Below, piece after piece: positions 26,393-32,000 of a stretch of 32,000 nt of DNA. The stretch comes from Synechococcus elongatus PCC 6301. Lineage in GTDB: Bacteria; Cyanobacteriota; Cyanobacteriia; Synechococcales; Synechococcaceae. The stretch covers positions 780,001 to 812,000 of the forward strand of contig NC_006576.1 in assembly GCF_000010065.1 (NCBI RefSeq), given 5' to 3'. The notes under the pieces are model-generated. The model ran no database searches, was not told the origin of the DNA, and worked only from the letters and a program-made list of their open reading frames with translations. Numbering within the stretch: position 1 is the stretch's first letter; each line of letters starts with the position of its first letter. The position numbers and the translations under genes were made by a program.

Positions 26393-26473
26393 GGGCGTTA
26401 ATTAAAGCCTGTTCACGGGAAACCCTCAACCTTGGTGCGATTGACCCAAGCGATCCATGACTCTGAGCACGGT

Positions 26474-26908
26474 CTACTTTCGCACTAGCCAATAGCGGGT
26501 GGTCGCTGCGCTGCCATCTTCTTCCCGCCGCTTCTCTTGGCAATCGATTTCTTGGGCCGCAACGGAGCATTGGAACTCAGTGTTGTTGGCGGGCGAGCCC
26601 GCCGCTTCCCAAGTACCCATAAACTCTGTGGGCGTCCGCAAGCGGCCACGAATCAGCAGACAGTCTGCAGGGTTGGCCCGCTCCTTGCAGATCCGCAAAG
26701 ACTCCACCGCCAAGGTGACCTGGGCATCTTCTGGCGCTGTGACGATGCCATCTACCGAGTCTTGCTCCTTGAGGGACACCGCCACTGGAGCATCTAAGGG
26801 CCACTCTTGGCTCTGGTCAGACTGAGACCATGGCAGGCGATCGCAGCCGACTAGCGCCGCTGCCAGCACGCTCCCTGCTAACACCCGTTGCCAAGGCGAT
26901 CGCCGCAT
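26474..26908 (-). CDS. Hypothetical lipoprotein
   Basis: Lipobox AALVGC after a positively charged N-terminus. Six further Cys residues. No recognisable domain. Confidence 0.55.
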   Translation of the reverse strand: MRRSPWQRVLAGSVLAAALVGCDRLPWSQSDQSQEWPLDAPVAVSLKEQDSVDGIVTAPEDAQVTLAVESLRICKERANPADCLLIRGRLRTPTEFMGTWEAAGSPANNTEFQCSVAAQEIDCQEKRREEDGSAATTRYWLVRK

Positions 26909-26981
26909 GGCTGCTTCTCCTGACTTACCGTGCTCTCAGCCTAGTCGCTTCCGCCTCTGCTGGAGTTCCCGATCCGTCGCC

Positions 26982-27647
26982 CTAGGCTGCAACCGGCTCG
27001 AGCAGACCTGCAAACAGGCCCAGACCATCGACACTACCTGCGATCGCCTCTGCAGCCCGTTCGGGGTGGGGCATCATGCCCAAGACATTGCCAGCCACGT
27101 TGGTGATGCCCGCAATATCGTTGCAAGAACCGTTGGGATTGTCGAGGTAGCGGAACAGGACTTGGCCATTCGCTTCCAGCGCTGCCAAGGTTGCAGGGTC
27201 TGCATGGTAGCGACCTTCCCCGTGGGCGATCGGCAGATTCAGAATCTGACCTTGCTGGTAGGTGCGGCTCCACGGGCGATCACTCCGCTCGACTCGCAGG
27301 GGTGTAGTTTCGCAGCGGAAATGGAGATCGCGATTGCGCACCAGCGCACCGGGCAAGAGCCCAACTTCTGTCAGGATTTGGAAGCCATTGCAAATGCCCA
27401 AGACCAAGCCACCCGCCTCAGCGAAGGCAACCGTTGCTTGCATGGCCGGCGAAAAGCGGGCGATCGCGCCGCAACGGAGATAGTCGCCGTAGCTAAAGCC
27501 ACCGGGCACGACAATCAAATCCAAGCCCGAGAGATCGCGCTCCTCGTGCCAGATCATGCGGGTGGACTGACCTAGCAGACCTGCAGTGACCCACTGCACA
27601 TCGCGATCGCAGTTTGAGCCGGGGAAAACAATAACGCCGACGTTCAC
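26982..27647 (-). CDS. purQ: Phosphoribosylformylglycinamidine synthase subunit PurQ (glutaminase)
   Basis: [12 protein letters not shown], nucleophile GICNGFQ, and MMPHPER. Confidence 0.95.
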   Translation of the reverse strand: MNVGVIVFPGSNCDRDVQWVTAGLLGQSTRMIWHEERDLSGLDLIVVPGGFSYGDYLRCGAIARFSPAMQATVAFAEAGGLVLGICNGFQILTEVGLLPGALVRNRDLHFRCETTPLRVERSDRPWSRTYQQGQILNLPIAHGEGRYHADPATLAALEANGQVLFRYLDNPNGSCNDIAGITNVAGNVLGMMPHPERAAEAIAGSVDGLGLFAGLLEPVAA

Positions 27648-27913
27648 GCTGCTACTCCTGCCACCGCTTCCAATTCAAAGCGATAGTTCTCAATCACGGG
27701 GTTAGCGAGCAACTGATCGCACATCTGATCGAGCTGTTCACGGGCGATCGCTTCAGTCTCCGCTTGCAGTGACAGTTCGATGTACTTACCGATGCGGATC
27801 TGCTCGACGGAGTCGTAACCAAGGTGCTGCAGGCCAGTTTGAACCGCCGCCCCTGCCGGGTCGAGCACTGAAGGCCGCAAGGTGACGTAAATCCGAGCGT
27901 GATAGCGGGTCAA
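27644..27913 (-). CDS. purS: Phosphoribosylformylglycinamidine synthase subunit PurS
   Basis: 89 aa, [16 protein letters not shown]..., with a 4-nt overlap with purQ. Confidence 0.9.
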   Translation of the reverse strand: MTRYHARIYVTLRPSVLDPAGAAVQTGLQHLGYDSVEQIRIGKYIELSLQAETEAIAREQLDQMCDQLLANPVIENYRFELEAVAGVAA

Positions 27914-28144
27914 AGGTGCATTCCCCAGGGCAGAACCGTTCTTAATTTTACGGCTTGACGGGGAAACCGCACTTCAGACGGGATGCCAGGCAGTGACTTC
28001 ACCTAGCTCACCAGCACAGAACCCCAGCCCCTCTATGCCAAGATGCAGTCAGATTGCCTTGGGCGATCGCCACTACTTGGGCCTAGTACCTTCTTGCACC
28101 AGTTGGCATTCCAAGGCTGAGATCGGGACTCTTACCGTAGGGCT

Positions 28145-28537
28145 ATGGCCAGCCGTCGCACCCAAAATCAGCAAAAGATCCTAGAAGTCCTGCAAGGGCT
28201 CAAACAAGAGATTTCTGCTCAAGACCTCTACATTGAGTTACGCCAACAGCAACAGAGCATGGGTCTCGCCACTGTCTATCGATCGCTGGAAGCCTTAAAG
28301 CTCTCTGGACAACTGCAAGTTCGTACGCTGACGTCCGGCGAATCACTCTATAGCGTGCACCGCGAAGACCGCCATCATTTAACTTGCCTACGCTGTAATA
28401 TTTCGATCGCGATCGATGAATGCCCAGTGCATGCCCTCGAGCAAGACCTGCAGCAAGCCTATGGTTTCGGGATCTTTTATCACACCCTAGAATTCTTTGG
28501 TCTTTGTCAGACTTGTCAAGCCTCAAAAGCAGGATAA
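28145..28537 (+). CDS. Fur-family transcriptional repressor, probably Zur (FurB-type)
   Basis: Winged helix ISAQDLY...GLATVYRSLEALK. HHLTCLRCN and GLCQTCQ supply two CxxC pairs. The closest recalled resemblance is to cyanobacterial FurB/Zur; the subfamily call is unverified. Confidence 0.8.
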   Translation: MASRRTQNQQKILEVLQGLKQEISAQDLYIELRQQQQSMGLATVYRSLEALKLSGQLQVRTLTSGESLYSVHREDRHHLTCLRCNISIAIDECPVHALEQDLQQAYGFGIFYHTLEFFGLCQTCQASKAG

Positions 28538-28641
28538 TGTGCAAGTTGGCTGTCATCTTTAGCACAGACGACTACGCCATAGCGCCAGCAGAGTGCTATC
28601 AGTAAATACTTCCAGTGCACGCTTTGTGCTCCCCCTCGGCC

Positions 28642-30687
28642 ATGCCAACTGTTCTCTTTAGTCTGACAGCAGAACTTGACTGGGGTTGGCGTATTGAGCA
28701 ATGGCTTGATCCTCAGCAACTTTGGAAGCGATCGCTCCAGGGATTTGCCGTTGAACAACTCTGGCAAAACAGCACGTCTAGCCATGACTGGCAGGTAAGC
28801 TTTCGCCAAGCGATTCAATCCCAGGGGATTTGGCAGCACACGGGTAAATTACGGGCAGACAGCATTGAGAGCAACTGGTATCTTCTAGCCTATCCTTGTC
28901 AACTGGAAAACAGCAGTCATTGCTATCTAGGTGTCCTTCAAACCACAGTCGGGGGCAGGGAAGTCGAGGGAAGTAACCCCTGTTCAGAGGGTAAGCTCTC
29001 ACCGCTCCTACGCCATCGACTGCGACAACAAGAACTGGCTTTAGAGCACAGTAGCGATCTGATGATTCGCTGTAATAATCGAGGCTTTATCACTTGGGCT
29101 AATCAGGCACTGCTCGAACGTCAAAATAAATCACTCGACTCTATTGTTGGTATTGACTTTACTCAGTTGCGAACCCAGCCTACCGAGCGACATACCCTCT
29201 TACAAATGCTCCGCACAGGGCAAGCACTAAACGCTATGGTCGAATATCAGACAGAGGAGAAAGAATTTTATCTCGTCCAAGAAAAACTGCTGCCCATTTT
29301 GTCAGATGATGGGGAGTTAGAAACGATTGTCATCGTCCAGCAGGATTTGACTTTTCAGGCTGCTGCTGAGATCCGGACTCAACAACAACTCCAGACCGAT
29401 GCACTGACAGGTCTTCCCAATCGGAAAGGGATGTACCAATCGATTCGCCATAACCTCGGGCGGGTCGAGACACACAAGCAACCCTTCGCCCTCTTGCGAA
29501 TCAACCTTGATCGCTTCCAACGCGTCAACGATGCTGCGGGCTATCACTTCGGTGACTATCTCTTGCGTAGCTTGGCTCTCAATTTGCGGCGGGTGCTCGG
29601 CTATGGTACTGAGCTGGCCTGTTTGGGAGGCGATGAATTTGCGGCTGTGATTGCCCCTTGCTACCAGGAAGAAGAGGCGATTGCGATCGCGGATGAAGTC
29701 CGTAGTGCGATCGCGATCTCTGGTTCTCTTGCAGCAGCTGCGGGGATTAGTCTTACGGCGAGTATTGGCATCGTTCTGGTCGATACCAATTTGACTGAGG
29801 AGATGGTGCTCGATCGCGCCAATCAGGCAATGTTTGCCGCCAAACGCAGGGGCGGGGATTGTACAGTGATCTATCGCCTCCCTTTACACGACAGTATTCG
29901 CCAAGAAGCAGCCTTACAGTTTGCCCTGCGCCAGGCGATCGCCGAACAAGAACTCAAGCTCGCTTATCAGCCCATTATTAGCCTGCGTACTGGTCAAATC
30001 ATTAGTCTCGAAGCGTTGCTGCGCTGGAACCATCCCCATTTCGGCTACATTTCACCCGCCCTTTTCATTCCCTTGGCTGAAGATTCTGGGCAAATTGAAT
30101 CGCTAGGAGAATGGGCTGTTCATGAAGCCTGCCATCAGCTAGCGGAGTGGGCTAAACAACCCGATCTAGCGCACTTGCGCGTAGCAGTGAACTGCAGCTT
30201 TGTTGATCTCAAGACCGAACGCTGGGCTGCGACAGTCAAGACAGCACTCCAGAGTAGTCAACTGCCACCTTCCCAGTTGATTGTGGAATATACCGAAAGC
30301 GCAATTGCCAAGGATCCAGCTGCTGCGATCGCCCTCAGTTCCTATCTACAAGATCTAGGAGTAGATGTCGCACTCGATGACTTTGGATCGGGGTATTCCA
30401 GCATGGCCTACCTCATTCAATTCCAAGCGCAGGGGCTCAAAATCGATCGCAGTTTAATCACCCCGATCGTAGAAGACGAGCGATCGCAGGCCGTGGTGCG
30501 TACGATTATTGATTTAGCCAAACGGCTGGGTTTGAGAACCACTGCAGAAGGCGTAGAAGAACGAGAACAACTGGAATTACTCCATAGTTGGGGCTGTGAT
30601 TTTGCCCAAGGATTCTACTTCAGCAGACCCCTACTGGCTGACGATCTCCCTGACTTTATTCGCAACTACGAAGGATTGTCCTTGTGA
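28642..30687 (+). CDS. PAS-GGDEF-EAL c-di-GMP signalling protein
   Basis: GGDEF motif intact (CLGGDEFAAV). EAL motif intact (ISLEALLRW, DDFGSGYSS, QGFYFSRP). A PAS-like segment lies around aa 150-260. The track ORF begins at GTG 28615; the first ATG is at 28642. Confidence 0.88.
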   Translation: MPTVLFSLTAELDWGWRIEQWLDPQQLWKRSLQGFAVEQLWQNSTSSHDWQVSFRQAIQSQGIWQHTGKLRADSIESNWYLLAYPCQLENSSHCYLGVLQTTVGGREVEGSNPCSEGKLSPLLRHRLRQQELALEHSSDLMIRCNNRGFITWANQALLERQNKSLDSIVGIDFTQLRTQPTERHTLLQMLRTGQALNAMVEYQTEEKEFYLVQEKLLPILSDDGELETIVIVQQDLTFQAAAEIRTQQQLQTDALTGLPNRKGMYQSIRHNLGRVETHKQPFALLRINLDRFQRVNDAAGYHFGDYLLRSLALNLRRVLGYGTELACLGGDEFAAVIAPCYQEEEAIAIADEVRSAIAISGSLAAAAGISLTASIGIVLVDTNLTEEMVLDRANQAMFAAKRRGGDCTVIYRLPLHDSIRQEAALQFALRQAIAEQELKLAYQPIISLRTGQIISLEALLRWNHPHFGYISPALFIPLAEDSGQIESLGEWAVHEACHQLAEWAKQPDLAHLRVAVNCSFVDLKTERWAATVKTALQSSQLPPSQLIVEYTESAIAKDPAAAIALSSYLQDLGVDVALDDFGSGYSSMAYLIQFQAQGLKIDRSLITPIVEDERSQAVVRTIIDLAKRLGLRTTAEGVEEREQLELLHSWGCDFAQGFYFSRPLLADDLPDFIRNYEGLSL

Positions 30688-30771
30688 TTTGCTTGGATTA
30701 AAACGCCTCAGATCACACCAAAGATTACTAATTCGTCCCATCCTTGGCAGCACGATCGCAATCCGCTGCAA

Positions 30772-31503
30772 TTACGACTCCTGCGATCGCCCTAGATAGA
30801 GTTCACCGAGGAGCGGATCATCAAGAAGCTCTGCAGCTGGACCAGTTTGACGATCGCGACCACTCTCAAGAATGCAACCACGATCGGCTAGTTGTAGGGC
30901 ACGACGGGTGTTTTGCTCCACCAAAATGATTGTGGTGCCGCTGTTGTTAATCGCACGAATTTGTTCGAAGACCGTCGCAACCATCAGCGGCGACAGGGCT
31001 GCTGATGGTTCATCCAAAACCAACAGCGTCGGTTCTGCCGCCAAGGCTCGCCCCATTGCTAAGAGTTGACGTTCACCGCCGGACAGCGTTCCAGCTCGCT
31101 GCGATCGCCGAGTGGCGAGGGTCGGGAACAGGTCATAGATGCGGGCGATCGCAGCGGGTCGATGCTGGGGCCGGATTTGGAACAGCCCCATCTCTAGATT
31201 TTCAGCTACCGTCAAGCTGGCAAAAACGTTTCGCACTTGCGGCACATAACCAATGCCCAACCGCACGATCGCTTCGGAGCTGAGACGACTGATCTCTTGC
31301 CCGCGGAAACGAATGCTGCCACTGCGTACTGGTACCAGACCCAGTAGCGTCTTAGCCAAAGTAGATTTTCCGGCGCCATTGGGTCCCAAGAGCGTCAGCA
31401 ATTCACCCGCCGCGACTTGGAGATTGACCCCTTGGACAATATCCAGATCGGGAAGGTAGCCCGCAAAAACTTGGTCTAGATCAAGCAGTGGCGCAGCATT
31501 CAT
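30772..31503 (-). CDS. ABC transporter ATP-binding protein, LivF/HAAT-type
   Basis: Walker A GPNGAGKST, signature LSGGERQ, Walker B LLVLDEPS, and the LivF-like IGYVPQ.R.VF..LTV.ENL pattern. Confidence 0.85.
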   Translation of the reverse strand: MNAAPLLDLDQVFAGYLPDLDIVQGVNLQVAAGELLTLLGPNGAGKSTLAKTLLGLVPVRSGSIRFRGQEISRLSSEAIVRLGIGYVPQVRNVFASLTVAENLEMGLFQIRPQHRPAAIARIYDLFPTLATRRSQRAGTLSGGERQLLAMGRALAAEPTLLVLDEPSAALSPLMVATVFEQIRAINNSGTTIILVEQNTRRALQLADRGCILESGRDRQTGPAAELLDDPLLGELYLGRSQES

Positions 31504-31509
31504 TGGACC

Positions 31510-31734
31510 TTAGGGCGTTTGCTGCAACTCGGGACGTTCTTCGGGCAGAATGGCACCTTCGACCGGACAGACTTGCAGGCAAATACCGCAGTCGATGCAG
31601 GTGCTGAAGTCAATCCAGTACCAAGTCGTTCCCTTTTGGTTGCGTCCCGGCCCTTCTTGGATGCAAGCAACCGGGCAGGCATCGACACAGTCAGCGACCC
31701 CTTCGCAGGTATTCGTAACAATGGTGTGCGCCAC
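31510..31734 (-). CDS. Small dicluster ferredoxin (3Fe-4S/4Fe-4S-type spacing)
   Basis: The first motif CEGVADCVDACP lacks the second Cys. The second motif CIDCGICLQVCP is canonical. Its stop lies 6 nt before the ABC ATPase start. Confidence 0.85.
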   Translation of the reverse strand: MAHTIVTNTCEGVADCVDACPVACIQEGPGRNQKGTTWYWIDFSTCIDCGICLQVCPVEGAILPEERPELQQTP

Positions 31735-31766
31735 AACAGCAAGTCAGCGAGATAACGCCCCCTAGC

Positions 31767-32000
31767 CTAACAAGTTGTGGTGGCTCGCTCCGCCACGGCC
31801 ACCGCTTCACTCTGGGGGGCGCTGCCGCTACTCACCCAAACAATGCGACCAATCCGTCGCCGCTGGGCAAAGGCCTGCACCACTTCTGGCCGGCGATCGC
31901 TGTCGAGGTAGAGCTCCACTCGCAGCTGGTCCTGACGCTGCAGACGCTGGGCTTCGGCCAAAGCAGCCCCATAAGCCTCGGAATCAACGGGAATCACCAG
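31767..32000 (-). CDS. 3' end of a gene continuing beyond the window; class II aaRS-like (HisS/HisZ-type) C-terminal domain suspected
   Basis: The frame is open to the window edge. LVIPVDSEAYGAALAEAQRL...VELYL...RRRIGRIVWV resembles an anticodon-binding-like alpha/beta domain. This is a weak call. Confidence 0.3.
   Translation of the reverse strand: MVIPVDSEAYGAALAEAQRLQRQDQLRVELYLDSDRRPEVVQAFAQRRRIGRIVWVSSGSAPQSEAVAVAERATTTC

Noticed and set aside
26907-27575. 222-aa plus-strand ORF antisense to purQ. Similar long shadow ORFs occur at 7040..7549(-), 7744..8280(-), 25844..26401(+), 4222..4695(+) and 8051..8479(+).
   Set aside because: All lie entirely inside genes with strong family signatures. 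They have Arg/Ala/Ser/Pro-rich compositions typical of antisense or off-frame reading in GC-rich DNA, and none shows a recognisable motif.
1-32000. CRISPR arrays, rRNA and tRNA genes, and prophage or defence-island gene sets.
   Set aside because: There are no regularly spaced direct repeats other than dispersed HIP1 octamers. The intergenic regions are short and showed no cloverleaf or rRNA signatures. Apart from the IS fossil there are no integrase, restriction, Cas, toxin-antitoxin or phage structural genes.

Overview
This window looks like cyanobacterial chromosome. The HIP1 octamer GCGATCGC occurs dozens of times. The gene content (Raf1, a DUF1400 protein, an Sll0783-type cassette, purS/purQ, asnS, ruvB) and moderately high GC point to the Synechococcus elongatus PCC 7942/6301 lineage; this is an inference from memory, not a search. 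About 35 protein genes are supportable, most of them housekeeping or envelope-related. I found no rRNA, tRNA or CRISPR array by eye. The most interesting system is a six-gene cassette at 3856-9701. It contains a divergent flavin monooxygenase, then a DsrE-like Sll0783-family protein, a nitrilase, an atypical radical SAM enzyme, a GNAT and an AIR-synthase-like protein. This matches the family-level Nit1C / nitrogen-starvation cluster, whose substrate, product and enzymology are unresolved. Its AT-rich divergent promoter carries a perfect NtcA-type GTA-N8-TAC palindrome. Other points of interest: (1) an unlisted 58-aa CxxC...CxxC ORF 7 nt downstream of raf1; (2) a HIP1-free stretch at 13449-14799 holding an AT-rich orphan segment and a decayed, internally deleted IS5-type transposase; (3) a standalone RelA/SpoT-type HD hydrolase next to that scar; (4) a DUF2237/COG0523 metallochaperone pair, with a Zur-like Fur paralog 9 kb away; (5) a head-to-head pair of signal-peptide-less peptidoglycan-type hydrolases; (6) a short MprF-like aminoacyl-phosphatidylglycerol synthase. 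All product calls come from reading motifs in the supplied translations. No database search was run.
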